Shown here piece after piece: positions 25,696 to 39,558 of a DNA stretch of 63,695 nt (positions within the stretch are counted from its first letter, which is position 1; every line of letters begins with the position of its first letter). The position numbers and the translations under genes are program-made. The notes below the pieces were generated by a model that was not told the origin of the DNA, did no database searches, and saw nothing but the letters and a program-made list of their open reading frames with translations. The stretch is from positions 37,275,440 to 37,339,134 of the forward strand of contig NC_068994.1 in NCBI RefSeq assembly GCF_001194135.2, in the 5' to 3' direction. Origin of the DNA: Octopus bimaculoides. Taxonomy: Eukaryota.

Positions 25696-26606
25696 AATTC
25701 CTTCAGTTTTTTGAGTAGGGGGTTTAGCTGATACCAGTGACTCTAGTATTTAACTTGTACTATACCTAATTTACCTTGGATGGATGTAAGGAGCTGGAAC
25801 AAATACAATAATGTCTCGATATATGAGTTAATTTGTTCCTGAAGACTGCTTGTAAAATGAAGATTCATAAAGCAGAACTATAATTTCTCATAGTAGCAAT
25901 GTTATAAATCATAATTTGTTCCCAGAAAAATATTTTACCTATAAAATTTATAATACTCATAAATAAATGGCAATAAAGCAACAGTAGAATGGAGAGAATA
26001 TTTCATGTAAAGTAAAAAGAATGACAAGATCATTTATAATAAAAAATATTTTTATTATAACTGTTTTCTGAATCACTTTCACTCACAGTAGACTCATGCA
26101 CACCATCACTTGTAGACACAATCACCGATTCACAAGCACTCATAAACAGACTTGTAGATTTCTTTATAAGAAACAAGTCTTGAGTTGTTTGCTTAGAAGA
26201 AGCTTTTTATCATTCCCTATAAATTTCCCGGTAACATGCAGAAGCAGTTGCTATGGTAATAGTAGAAGCTTTTGCACTTTGTTCAAAATTTAGATCTTGT
26301 GCGTGTAAAGTTTATTATAAAATAAAACTTGTAAACCTAGAGTCTCATAAAGTGGGTCCTCATAAAGTGAGGTATTACTGTACTGCAATGCATATTTTCT
26401 ATAACCGGAGTTCTTACTGTCACCCCTTAACCCTCACTTGATTTTGTTTCTGATAATATTCAAGCCATCTACAATATACAGCTCATGCTTAGTGTGGTGG
26501 TCAAGTGTAATGGTAAGTATCCATAATGTGAATAGGGGAGATAATTGTGTGGGTGAATGATATTGAGAATGATTTAGTGAATTGAGAAGTGGTGACAAAT
26601 GACAAC

Positions 26607-26877
26607 AATAATAATATTTTATAAGCTTAAAGCTTATAAGCGATCATTGTATACTGACTAAAGAAAATAGTCTAAAATTGGGGCATAAAATGGGTTTTCT
26701 GTACATGTGGGACTTGAACTCATACCTCTTATATTTGCAATAAGTGGGCTAACAATTACAGCAAAATACCCACTCGAGTACAGAAAACCCACTTTTTTTC
26801 CATTACAGGTTTAGATGCCCCAATACACCATGATTGCTTATAAGCTTTATGTTTATAAAATATTATTATTTACAGAA
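26607..26877. mobile_element. Fold-back element enclosing a tRNA-like cassette (26707-26764, -)
   Basis: Terminal IR aataatattttataa.c.taaagcttataagc.atca; inner IR tgggttttctgtac / gtacagaaaaccca; A-box- and B-box-like motifs in the centre. Confidence 0.65.
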
Positions 26878-26882
26878 ATATT

Positions 26883-26913
<31 letters not shown>

Positions 26914-27130
26914 CTAAAAGTCATTTTAGAATTCTTTTTAAATCTCTTTACTCTGACTCTACATCTGAAGATGTGTGTGACTGCACTGACAAAACATTAA
27001 TAATGTGGAGTTGAGTCAACCTGTTATTAAACACTAACAACTCAAATCGAATTTTCTAAATTTTCTTAGTGTTGTTTTCTTTCATCTGCTCACTTACTTT
27101 TGTCTCTCTCTCTCACACTCACTCACTCTT

Positions 27131-27161
<31 letters not shown>

Positions 27162-27166
27162 TTATA

Positions 27167-27203
<37 letters not shown>

Positions 27204-28899
27204 TGCTGAATGCGTAAAAATATTGCTGTATTGCTGTTATATATTTGGATATCTGATATTTTCTAATTATCAGATACATCATCTCTGTGAATGAGACACT
27301 GGTGAGAAAAAGAACAGTGACAGAGTGAGAAAGAGAGTGAGAGAGAGAGAAAGAGAGAGTAAGAGTGGTGGAATAGATACGTGGGTGTTTTATAGCCATA
27401 CTTGGATTTTACTATTAAATTTATTAACTTACATCCCACCCCATCACAAAAAAACGAACCCCAAGATAAACAGAATTCTCTCTGGAATGAATCTGCCAAA
27501 GAATTTGTTTCTTCTCTTCTATAATTTCCTCAACACAGAGCATAAACTTAAATTCTTTGAAGTACTTATTCCATTGTTCTAAAGACAATTCATTTTCAAA
27601 GAAAACTATTCTTTCAATCTTAACAATGTTAATGTGACATTTTAAATATATACAATTAAGGTAAAGCAAGGTGGTGATGGTGGTGTTTATGATCCTGATC
27701 CAATCATTTTCATTTCTCAAATTTTGCACTCGCTATATAAAACTGATTAAAGAGAAACAGATTTCTGATTTAAAAAAGAAAGTGAATTATGAAAATTAAA
27801 AGTGACATTCAAACATGAATCAAAATTTTAAAATCTAATTATATACCAAAAAAATAAAATTTTTTTTTTATATATTCAGAATAGTTATGTAGGAGCATCA
27901 AGGAATATGAAAATAAGTCATTATTAACAATATGTCTCAAAAAGGAATTCAGTTATGAATAATAGCAAATAATAGATTGGGTTAAAAACCCCTTGGATGG
28001 AAAAAGAAAAAAAAAACAAAAAAAAAACGGCAGAAGCTGTTTGTGGAAATTGAACCAGGAAACTGCTTTAATTCAGACAAACATTACAAATTGCACTATA
28101 GAAACCTTCCCTCTTTCTGCTATCAAATTATATGCTTTAACACTTCAGCATTAAATGTAATGCTTATTTATTATTATTATTATTATTTATTATTATTATT
28201 ATTATTATTATGATGATGATGATTAAAATGTAATGCTTATTTATGATGATGATAGTTAACTCTTTAGCATATCTGGTCAAAATATTCTACCTGTTTTATG
28301 TTCAAACTGACCAGAACTGGCCTCTCGCACTTACCCTACAATGTCATTCTAGAAATATACAATCATGTCATGGAAATCTTGAAGCCATGAGATAAGGTGA
28401 AGAAATAAAATATATTCTACAGAATAACCTGAATGCTTAAAAGTTAAAGGATGATGATGATAGTCCTGTACTGGTGGCCCATAAAAAGCACTAGCACCAG
28501 TGCCATGAGAAAGTGCTCATACCGGTTCTACGTTAAAAGCACCCAGCACACACTGTGAAGTGGTTGGCATTAGGAAGGGCATCCAGCCATAGACACCAAG
28601 CCAAATAAAACTGGAATTTTGTGCGACTTTCCGGCATGCCAATTTTGGTCAAACCATCCAACCCATGCCAGCATAGAAAACAGTTGTTTAATCATGCATT
28701 ATCTTGTAGCTTCAAGTTTTCAATGATGTGATTGTTGTATTTAGAATGGCATTGTAGGGTAGGTATGAGAGGCTAGATCTGGTAGGCTTGAACATAAAAC
28801 AGATAGAGTATTTGAGTTGGATATGACCAGTTTAAATGCCAAACTGTTAGTCTTACCCCAGTCAGAAAGTTTGATTATATTCAGGATGTAAATATAGAA

Positions 28900-29250
28900 G
28901 CATAGCTGCGTGGTTAAGGGGTTCACTTTGCAATCATATGGTTTTGGGTTCAGTCCCACCATGTGGCACCTTGGGCAAGTGTCTTCTACTATAGCTTCAG
29001 GCTGACCAATGCTTTGTGAAAGAATTTGGTAAACAGGAACTGTGTGGAAGCCTGTGATGTGTGTGTGTGAGTGTGTGTGAGGCGTGTGTATGTTTGTGAG
29101 AATGTATGTATGTTTGTGCTTGTGCTTGTCTCCCCTCCCCAATGTTGGTTTGTTTACATTCTCATAACTTAGTGAGTGGTTAAGTAAAATACCTATAGAA
29201 TAAGTACCAGACTGAAATATAATTACTGAGGTTAATTTATTTGACTAAAC
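28900..29250 (+). mobile_element. SINE family B
   Basis: ggttcagtcccaccatgtggcaccttgggcaagtgtcttctactatagc plus (TG)n core and 3' half. Confidence 0.75.
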
Positions 29251-30149
29251 CAGGGACTCTTAACCATTTTTTTTTTTTTACCTATGGACCCCTTTGATTA
29301 GTATTTTGTTCTGGAGAGGTTGGTATGTATGGGTGACTGCTGGTCTTCCATAAAAAGCCCTGCCCAAACTTGTGTTTCAGAGGGTAACTTTCTAGGTGCG
29401 ATCACATGGTCGTTCATGACAGAAGGGGGTCTTTAACTTTTTTTATGTATATATATCATCATCATCATCGTTTAATGTCCGCTTTCCATGCTAGCATGGG
29501 TTTGAATGCATATTAAGTGATGAACACACACAGGCGCACACTCGTATGTATATGGCCAAATTGATGCATATGGCCTGATGAAAATTCAGTAATATTCAAA
29601 AATTGATTAAGGTTATTCATCATTTTCCAAAAGGCAGTGCTCCAGCATGTCCCCAGCCTTTGGCTGAAACCAGTGACAGGTAAAATGGTAAAAGGCATAT
29701 TAATGTGTTGACATTTAAATGTTTCATTTCCATTTTATTTTTCTCACTTTTAGTTCATGAAAATCATCACAATTTTTCACCAATGTTTGAAATTTCAAAT
29801 TGAAAACATTTGAAGACAGAAACAAAAATTTTTAAATAAAAATTTCCCATCCTAGAAAAAATAATTTTGTTTTTTTCTTTCTACTGATATACACGTTCAG
29901 TCAACATAGAAAGCTACTCATTATGGAAGACATGCTTGTAACAATTTTGAGAAGACGACAACAAATGACGAGTTTTGATTGTCATGGCAAAGGCTATTAC
30001 AGTGAAATTACCATAGAAAAGTGATGGAGATTGAATCTCCATGTATTAAAAAGTGTCCAAGCCAGCCCATAACAGTATGGTGGTAAAAAAGAAAACAGAC
30101 AAGCCACAAAAAATAGACATCAAAGTAACAACAATGTAATGTTGCTGCT

Positions 30150-30440
30150 TTTTTATTTTGTTGATGTTGTTGCTGCTGCTGCTGTTGTCACTGATGCTAA
30201 TGCTGATGACGACAGGGATAATGATGATGATGATGATGATTATGATGGTGGAGTGATGGTGAATGTCATGATAGTAGTAGTGGTGGTGGTAGTGGTGGTG
30301 GTAGTGGTGGTGGTGGTGATGATGATGATAGCAGTGGTGGCAGTGGTTGTGGTGGGGCGCAGTAGGTGGTGGTAGCGATGGTAGGTGGTGGCGGCGATGA
30401 TGGGTGGTTGCAGCAGTGGTGTTGATAATGGGTGATGATG
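30150..30440. repeat. Degenerate (GCT)/(GAT)/(GGT) trinucleotide tract
   Basis: Seen directly. Confidence 0.85.
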
Positions 30441-31395
30441 ATATTATGTCTATATGACTCTGAATATATTTCTGATGCACATAAAACGTTATGTATTAAA
30501 TAAATGTAAACACATACATACATACACACACAGAGCTTGTTACACACATACATGCAAACAACCAACTCTTACACCGACACATATACTGGCACACACGCAC
30601 ACACACATACGCACACACTCAGAAACATAAATGAACATAAACATACTTGCAAAGTAAAGATATTGACCAATGCATACATATATACACACATACTCACATG
30701 CATACATACATATATGCAAGCATGCTTACATACATACATACATACACACACATACATACATACATACATACATACATACTTGCATACATACATACATACA
30801 TACATACTGAAAGGCAGACAGAAAGACAGACAGTCATATGTACATGCATACATACATGTATACATACATAATACATACATAAATACATACATTTATACAG
30901 ATTCTCTGACATGATGACGAATGATACACACCCAGGTAAGTTGCACAACTCTACAACAGCTCTCACAACGGGTCATCAGATGAAAGGCAATATGCACATC
31001 AGCAGAAGGTCATCTCTAGCTATGTTGTCAGACAACTTCAAAGTGACACTAACATAAACAACCAAAGTAGTCTATCTTTAATCAACAACTACTGTATTAG
31101 CTCTCACTTTGAATGGTATGCTTTTGCGCCTCTCATAACAACTAAATAAAAATATCTAATGCACAAAAGGGATGCAGAAAAAAACACTTAGATGTGATAA
31201 CCAATCCAAACTCTGTTTAATTAAAACTTATGATGCAGTGCCATCTTAAGGCATAGACCGAGGTGCTCCATGGGTCAGGAGACCTAATGATAATTAAGGC
31301 ATGTTGTTGTATGTGTAGGAGCTCCATTTCATTGATTTGCGCAGGGGCCTATACTGCTATTATAGCAGCCTTGTGAAGATGTCACTAAAGTTATA

Positions 31396-31557
31396 GGCAC
31401 AAGAGTGGCTGTGTGGTAAGAAGCTTGTTTCCCAAGTCCATGGTTCTGGATTCAGTCCCATTGTGTGGCACCTGTGACAAGTGTCTTCTACTATAGTCTT
31501 AGGTTGATAAAACCCTTGTGAGTGGATTTGGTAGATGGAAACTTAAAGAAGCCCGTC

Positions 31558-31622
<65 letters not shown>

Positions 31623-32065
31623 TAGATAGATAGATAGATGGGTAGGTAGATAGATGAGTAGATAGATGGATGGATGGATGGATGGATACAAGTGGGGACT
31701 GGAAAGTTCCTCGTTTTGGGTATTTCCCTCTCAGATTCAAACACTTATTGTAGCAGCCCTTCAGTTTTTCTAAGCCCTGTAAAAGAGCTCTAAAGGTTGG
31801 GCATGTAACCAGGCCTTCTGTGATATCCTTAAAGCCAGGAACTTTTCAGCATCCTCTCATGGAGATGTTTGTATCTGTGTTTGACCCCCATCAACACTTG
31901 ACAACTGGTGTTGGTGTGTTTACATTCTCGTAACTTAGTGATTCAGCAAAACAGACCAATAGAATTAGTACTAGGCTTAAAACATAAGTACTGGGATTGA
32001 TTTTTTTTACTAAAACCCTTTAAGGACTGCAGTCAAATGACTGAAACAAATAAAAAATAAAAGAT
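31396..32065 (+). mobile_element. SINE family B with nested mariner MITE
   Basis: Head ggcacaagagtggctgtgtggtaag; core (TA)n(TAGA)n(TGGA)n; 3' half resumes at about 31865. Confidence 0.8.
31689..31859. mobile_element. Mariner-derived MITE (same family as 19301-19520)
   Basis: Right TIR aaagccaggaacttttcagcatcctctca; interior matches ctctcagattca...ccctgtaaaaga. Confidence 0.75.
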
Positions 32066-32202
32066 TAAAGAGAAAAATATGTCTTACAGACATATGTATA
32101 TGTGTTGATCTGTAAGTCAAATGATGCCGATTGACATATGTGTTGACACCTCTACTTGTGCACATGCATATGTGTGCAGTTTGATATATGCATACACATG
32201 TA

Positions 32203-32458
32203 TATGGGCTAGTCAGATAAATTTATTTGTTTTTTTTCTTTTAACTTTTTTTTTTCTACTTGGCACTCCATTGCTATAAGTCTGCAAAGTGTTAAAACCT
32301 ATCCAAATTTAAAAACATGACAAAAAAAAGTGTAGAGGAAGAAGAAAGTTATGAAAAACCATAAAACCTTATGATAAAGGTATGTTTCATGTTAATTCAA
32401 ACAACATTGGATGAGTTAAAAAGACAAAAAGTGAAAGAATTTATCTGACAAACCTGTA
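32203..32458. mobile_element. Tc1/mariner-type MITE
   Basis: TIRs tatgggctagtcagataaatt / aatttatctgacaaacctgta; TA flanks. Confidence 0.65.
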
Positions 32459-32549
32459 TACACATAATTATATATATACATATACATACATACATACATA
32501 CATGCATACAGACATATATACATACATACATACATACATACATACATGC

Positions 32550-32588
<39 letters not shown>

Positions 32589-32643
32589 TATACAAACACA
32601 TGCATAGGTACATACATGTATTCATACATACATACATACATAC

Positions 32644-32734
32644 ATGTTGAAATTTCAGTAAAGGAGCCTTGGATCTAGGTTAGAAACCGGCTCTTTCTCT
32701 ATTGGCAAGAATCTTGAAATAAAACTGAACAATG
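32644..32734 (+). mobile_element. R4/Dong-like retrotransposon, extreme 3'UTR only
   Basis: atgttgaaatt...aaggagccttggatctaggttagaaaccggctc...aaataaaactgaacaatg; (CATA)n on both sides. Confidence 0.85.
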
Positions 32735-32746
32735 ACATACATACAT

Positions 32747-33084
32747 GGTGGTTGTCTACTTTTTATGCAAAGTTTGACCACCTCCTGTACCTACACCTTA
32801 GAACCATCATGGCACTTAATGTGGATTTTTAAACCAGACAATGTTTTGAAAAGATACCCACATAGATTGCATATCTGATTTGAACCAGCAAGAGCTGCAG
32901 ATAAGTTCTGATCTTCGTGGATCTTAAAATATCTTTTGAGGCCTCCGTGAGATTTGCAAACCTTCTGGCATACATTATATTGAAAGATGTGCACAGACAT
33001 ATAGGCAGAATAGTTGGTGGAGGTTCGTTTTCTATGGGGTCGCAAATGAAATTTGAGCCCAGCAAAAGAAAGGCATGGTCTCTC
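32747..33084 (-). mobile_element. Probable RTE-type LINE 3' end encoding two C2H2-like fingers
   Basis: ORF 32791..33120: CQKVCKSHGGLKRYFKIH and CNLCGYLFKTLSGLKIHIKCH; no start or splice context, no TGEKP linker; embedded in (TATG)n. RTE assignment is from recalled family architecture. Confidence 0.6.
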
Positions 33085-33129
33085 ACATACATACATAGAT
33101 AGATACATACATACACACATACATGCATA

Positions 33130-33375
33130 TAGTAATCCCTCAACTATTGCAGGTCTTACATTCCAAAAACCCCTGCGATAGGTGAAAATCTGTGAAGTAG
33201 AAACAGTACTGTATATTTTTTAAAATTATTTTTATAATTTATTTATATTTATTTTATTATAAATGGAAAACAACACCACGGAGGAATTGATGTAAGCTTA
33301 AATAATAAACCATGACAAGTAAACCGCAATAGGTGAACTGCGATAAGTGAACTGTGATATGGTGAGGGATTACTG
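33130..33375. mobile_element. pogo/Tigger-type MITE
   Basis: TIRs (t)agtaatccctc / gagggattactg with TA on both sides. Confidence 0.8.
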
Positions 33376-33521
33376 TACATACATACACACATACCAGTCT
33401 GTCTGGACGAACTTGGAATCTTGGGGAGAGAATGCAAATCCTTAATTCATATGCTTAATTCATATTTGTTCACAATATCTGGGACTATAAAAATTTGTAA
33501 GATCTGAAAAAGTAAACCAGA

Positions 33522-33925
33522 GTGTGGTAAGAAGCTTGCTTCCCAACCACATAGTTCTGGGTTCAGTCCCACTATATGGAACCTTGAGCAAATGTGTTCT
33601 ACTATAGCTGACCAAAACCTTGTGAGTGGATTTGGTAGACAGAATCTGAAAGAAGAGAAGCCTATTGTATGTGTGTGTGTGTGTGTTTTCATGCATGTAT
33701 GTGTTTGTGTGTCTCTGTTTGTCCCCCACCACCATTGCTTGACAACCGATGTTGGTGTGTTTATGTCCCGGTAACTTAGCAGTTCGGCAAAAGACACCGA
33801 TAAAATAAGTACTAGGCATACAAAGAATAAGTCCTGGGGTCGATTTGTTTGACTAAAGGTAGTGCTCCAGCATGGTCACAATCAAATGACTAAAACAAGT
33901 AAAATAATAAAAAGAATAAAAGAAT
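33522..33925 (+). mobile_element. SINE family B
   Basis: Complete head, (TG)n core and 3' half ending aaaagaataaaagaat. Confidence 0.85.
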
Positions 33926-33926
33926 A

Positions 33927-33986
<60 letters not shown>

Positions 33987-34099
33987 ATATGATATATAGG
34001 CATATACAAATTACTTTATAGATGACACACAGCATGGTTTCTGGACAGGGCAGGGTTGCCTGACCCAATTTTTGGCCCCAACATAACACTATTAATAAC

Positions 34100-34362
34100 A
34101 ATCTCATAAAGGCTATGGACACTGTCGATATATACCTTGATTTTACTGAAGCTTTCGACAAGATTGATTGTAGAATCATCTGTCATAGATTAATAAATTT
34201 TGGTATCACTGGAAAATTTGGTGCCTGGCTTTCTGACATTCTATACGGTAGAAATCAGTTACTGCCAGCAGTCATCTCCCTTATAAGTCACCTGTAATAA
34301 GTAATGTACTTCAAGGCAACTTCCTCAGGCCACTGTTATTCATCATCACACTATCATGTGTA
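34100..34362 (+). mobile_element. CR1/Jockey-like reverse transcriptase fragment
   Basis: VDIYLDFTEAFDKID..GITGKFGAWL, then ..VLQG..LRPLLFII, decayed LDFxKAFD and GVPQGxxLGPLLF motifs. Confidence 0.75.
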
Positions 34363-34594
34363 GGTTTATGGGTATTCCTAATAAATCTGATAAGTTATAC
34401 TGACTGATGACAATAAAAACTGCAAAAGATGCCTGTACACTAAGGAATGAACTAAGCCAGATTGATGTTTAGATGAAAATAATGGTTTTAAGTTTTGGTA
34501 TAAGGCTGTCAGTTTTAGGTGAGAGAGAAGGGAGCTAGTTAAATACGTTGACCCTATTACTTGACTGGTACTTTATTTTATTCTTTTCTACTCT

Positions 34595-34796
34595 AGGCAT
34601 AAGGCCTGAAATTTTGGGGGAGGAAGCCAGTCGATTAGATCGACCCCAGTATGCAACTGGTACTTAATTTATCGACCCTGAACGGATGAAAGGCAAAGTC
34701 AACCTCATCGGAATTTTAACTCAGAACATAAAGACAGACAAAATACCACTAAGCATTTCGTCTGGCACACTAACATTTCTGCCAGCTCACCGCCTT
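34595..34796 (-). mobile_element. SINE family A
   Basis: Near full-length reverse complement ending ctgccagctcaccgcctta. Confidence 0.85.
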
Positions 34797-35604
34797 ATGT
34801 TATTTTATTTTATTGACTTATGAAGATGAAAGTCAGAGCTGATCTTGGCAAGATTTGAACTCAGAATGTAATGAGTTGCAAGAAATTTCACTAAGTATAT
34901 TTCCAATAATCTTATGATTTTGTTAACTCATCATCTTCAACGAAAATATGAAATTTCATGCATCAAAATTTCAGATTCTTAGATATAGGAAGGATAAGCA
35001 CAATACAAATTATCTGATACTAGACAATAAATCAATCCAAAGCTCTTATGCTATACAGGAGTTACAAATACTTATATCAAATAATATATACCTTTCATCA
35101 GACATATCACCAATGTGACCTATAAATGTAAAAATTTTACACACTGGAACCTTTGACTTTTCATCACTAGAGAAATAGTAGTTTTGTTGACATTGTGGAA
35201 AACTTTAGTTTAGAGTAGGTTAGATTACTGTTCACAGCTTTAGTCCTCAAACACAGGTTTTATACAAGAAATTGAGGTGTTACAGAGACAACTTCAGTTG
35301 AAAGTCTTACTGCTGAAGGATTCTCTTTGAGTGATGCATAGAAAAACACATTGTTATTTACACATTCTTGAAGATAATGTTCAAACTTCCTGCATTAAAG
35401 TAAAATTTAATGCACATGTATCACCTTTCCAATTGAGAACAGGAAAAATTTGATTGCAACAATCTCAGATTCAGTGGCCCTCAAGTGTTTAACAACCAGC
35501 TTAGCCCTTTGAGCCCATCGACACATTCCAGAGGATGGGTCTGCAAACACACTGCATGTTGCATGTGCCTAGAAGTACAGCAAACTTAAGTCAGAAAACC
35601 CCAG

Positions 35605-37317
35605 AGCCTTGACCTAATTACAACATTCTCAAAGGATGTAGGGTTGGAGTTTGGTCAGGATAAATGTTATTTTATAGTTGTGAAAAGGGGGTAAACTATA
35701 AATCAGACTAGTGACATCTCCATCAATGATTTGACTGTTTCCCCTATATCTGACAAGGAATGTTACAAGTATATAGGGGTGAATGAAAACATATCTTACA
35801 ATGGCATCTATAACAAAACATGGTCACTAAAGAATATTACAGCCGGAAAAAGAAAATTTAGACCTCAGAAGTCCCTGTACTCATTAAAACAGCGGCCCAC
35901 AATATGTTTTCAGTGCCAGTATTCATACCAACATTTGGGCTGCATGATTGGATGCTTGATGAGATCTGAGCCATTGATGTGAAAACCCGAAAAATACTAC
36001 CAAGCACACATAATTTCCACATAGACAGTGACATAGACCACCTCTACCTAAAATGAAAACAAGGTGGCCAAGGCTTAACATCGATCCAAAATACCTTTGA
36101 ATGTTGTATCATATCCCTTTGGCAACATCTTTTAACCACCAAGTGTCAAAGTGCATCCCTTGACCAAGTTTGCATACATGAGGCTGATAATATCGTAAAA
36201 CTTGGAAGGCAGCTCCTTGAGCAACATTTTTTGTCTGATAACCTAGAATACATGCCCAAAGAAATCACATGACTCTACTGCAATGTATCATCAGATGAAA
36301 GGATGAGCCTATATGAGCAGAAGACTATGCATGGATATGTTAGTAGAAAGCTCCGAGGTGATAGTAACATCAATCATCAAAGCAGTTTATCATGAACCAA
36401 TAGCTGGATTACTACCTCCCACTCTGAAAGGTATGTGTTTGCAATCTAGGAACAGGAAATATCAAGCAAGTACCTGATCCACAAATGGGACAGAGATGCA
36501 GGTAAAGCAGTAAAATGTGACAACCGAAGCAGACTTTGTGGAGTTGACACTGAAGATATCACCCACCTCATCAGCAGTTGTCTGAAAATGTCATCACTGT
36601 ATTATCTATTAATGAGTCATGATGTAGCTAGGACACTCTATAATGAAATCTGTCAGAAGGATAACCCCAAAGAAAAAGAAATAAGAACCCACAGTATGGT
36701 AGAAGCCATAGCCACTCATAGTAAAAAAAGAATAGTGGTGAAATGTCCCAGTGAAAATCGCAATAAAATGTAAGCACAACAGACCTGATATAATGATTTG
36801 AGATAGAGAAGAAAAACTGTGCACAGTTGTGGAAATTAGATGCCCAGCAGATGTTAACATAAAGCTGAAGATCAATGAAAAAGAATACCTACACTGAACT
36901 ATTGAGAAATTTGCAGTTACTCTATCTGATTACAAGTTCAGGTTTATACCTGTAGTTATTGGGTCACTGGGATATGTAACACACTGCCTAAATACCAATC
37001 TTGAGAAATTAGGCTTCTCAAAACCAGAAAGGAGAAAGCTAACTCGAAGACTACAGATCCAATCCATCAGTGGAACTATAATAATCTGTAAAACTTTCCC
37101 GAAGTTTATCATTTGAATATATATGAGCATGTATAGATATGCAACTATATGCATGTGAATACATGCATAAAGCAAAACATACAAATTTGCTCATATACAT
37201 ACATAGAAACAAAAATACCCTGTTGATGTTGAAATTCCAATGAAGGAGCCTTGAATCTCGGTTAGAAACCAGCTCTTTCTCTACTGGCAAGAAATCTTGA
37301 AATAAAACTGAGCAATG
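35605..37317 (+). mobile_element. R4/Dong-clade non-LTR retrotransposon, 5'-truncated and decayed (RT C-terminus, CCHC knuckle, RLE, 3'UTR)
   Basis: TTFSKDVGLEFGQDKC, CYKYIG, SDIDHLYLK*KQGGQGL, (C)RLCGVDTEDITHLISSC, KHNRPDIMI*DREEKLCTVVEIRCP, ..IGSLGYV; several stops and frameshifts. Confidence 0.9.
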
Positions 37318-37354
37318 ACATACATATATACACACACATAGNNNNNNNNNNNNN

Positions 37355-37387
<33 letters not shown>

Positions 37388-37937
37388 GTACACGTACACA
37401 CATACACATATATATATACACGATGGGCGTCTTTCAGTTTCTGTTTACTGGATCCACTCACAAAGGCTTTGGTTGGCCTGAGCCTATAGTAGAAGACATT
37501 TGCACAAAGTGCTATGTTGTAGGATTGAACTTGGAATCCAGTGTTTGGGGAAACAAGTTTCTTGACTACACAGTAACATCCAAGTAACAGTTGCACAAAC
37601 TGGTAAATAGCATCTTTGGACCATCCAGCTATACAAGGTTAACTCAAGAAAGAATAACTGCTAGAAATTCAATTATTGATCAAGTTGCAGTCCTTGTAAG
37701 AATTCAACAAAGCTGGAAACAAAAAAGACCAAAATAAACTTGAAGGGTGTGCCCCAGCATGGCCACTGCCCAGTGTGTATTGAAACCAGTAAAAGAATAA
37801 AAGAATAAAGAATGCATACATACGTATGTAAATAAATACATCCTTACATACATACATACATGCAGATAAACTTACATACACACAGATATAAACACATATG
37901 TACATACATTCTATGTAAATGCAAATATACATCTTTG

Positions 37938-37979
<42 letters not shown>

Positions 37980-38403
37980 NNNNNNNNNNATACAAGTATA
38001 TACATACACACACACACATGCACTCACATATATACACACATATACACTACGGATGTACATATATACATACACACACACATATACAATATATACATACACA
38101 TACGTGTATATACTTACATTCACATACATACATACATACATACATACATATGTACATACACACATACACATGCAAACACATAAATACATTCACTCGTACA
38201 TATAAACAGAGAAATATACATTTTATTAGAAACATCACTGGTCATTTTGGACCAGACAATAAAATTGAATTGTCAAGATGGTTTAACTATTCAATTCTAT
38301 TCAATTTATTGTTATTATCCACAAATACAATGTAAAAGACTATTTCTGTACCTCATTATTTCAGAGTTTGACGTGATAAGGTCGACATTTCTTTCATCAT
38401 TGC

Positions 38404-38501
<98 letters not shown>

Positions 38502-39161
38502 GCACACACATATATATATATCTTTCTATGTAACTTAGTCAGAGGAGAAAGGTCATTGTCCACGACCTTTATGGGAGGGGAGGGTCTGCAGAGACAGGTG
38601 AAGGACAGGGGAAGGTGGAATTTTTTCTAAGACAAAGACTAAGGAAGACTTTGGTTCAAATTCTTGCTGCAGAGCAGACTCCACTTTAGGATCACCCTAG
38701 GACCAGGTGGAGTTGTTTAAACAACGCAAAGAATTATAAAGCTTGTGTGAAATGATAATCTACCTCCTCCTCCTCTGCCACCGCCGCCGCACTACCACCA
38801 CCACCACCATCCTCACCACCACCATCCTCACCACCACCACCACCATCATCATCGTCAGCATCATCATCATCATTTTATGTCCACTTTCCATATAGGCAGG
38901 AGTTGAATTGGTTGCCATGCTCCCTGTCAATTTATATCCAGACTTACTGCTCTTTTAGACAACTATCTCTCTCTCTCCCTCCTTCTCTTCCTCTCCCTCC
39001 CTCTTTCTCTCTCTCTATTTCTTTCTCACCCATTCTCTATCTCTACATATATATAGGGGCTTGTGTAGCCTTTTTATCCACCAAAGGCTAATGTATAAGA
39101 TACACACCCAAGGTATTGTGAATGAGTGTCTGCTGTCATGTGTAAAGTTTATTTACAATTC

Positions 39162-39558
39162 TAGCTTGCTTACGAACCACATGGTCCCAGGTTCAGTACC
39201 ATTACATGGCACCTTGGGCAAGTGTCTTCTACTATAGCCTCAGGCCAACCAAAGCCTTGTGAGTGGATTTGGTAGACGGAAACTGAAAGTAGCTCGTTGT
39301 ATATATATATAAATACATATATATATATATACACACATGTAAGTGTGTGTGTATATGTGTGTGTATGTGTTTGTCTCCCCAACATCACTTGACAACCGAT
39401 GCAGGTGTGTTTACGTCCCCGTAACTTAGCGGTTCAGCAAAAGAGACCGATAGAATAAGTACTAGGCTGACAAAGAATAAGTTCTGAGGTCGATTTGTTC
39501 GACAAAAGGCAGTGCTCTAGCATGGCCACAGTCAAATGACTGAAACAAGTAAAAGAGT
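39162..39558 (+). mobile_element. SINE family B (5'-truncated head)
   Basis: Close match to other family B copies; (TA)/(TG) core. Confidence 0.85.

Noticed and set aside
27424-27729. 101-aa ORF and a GAT|GTAAGT donor at 27433
   Set aside because: No motif or acceptor support; such hexamers are frequent in AT-rich DNA.
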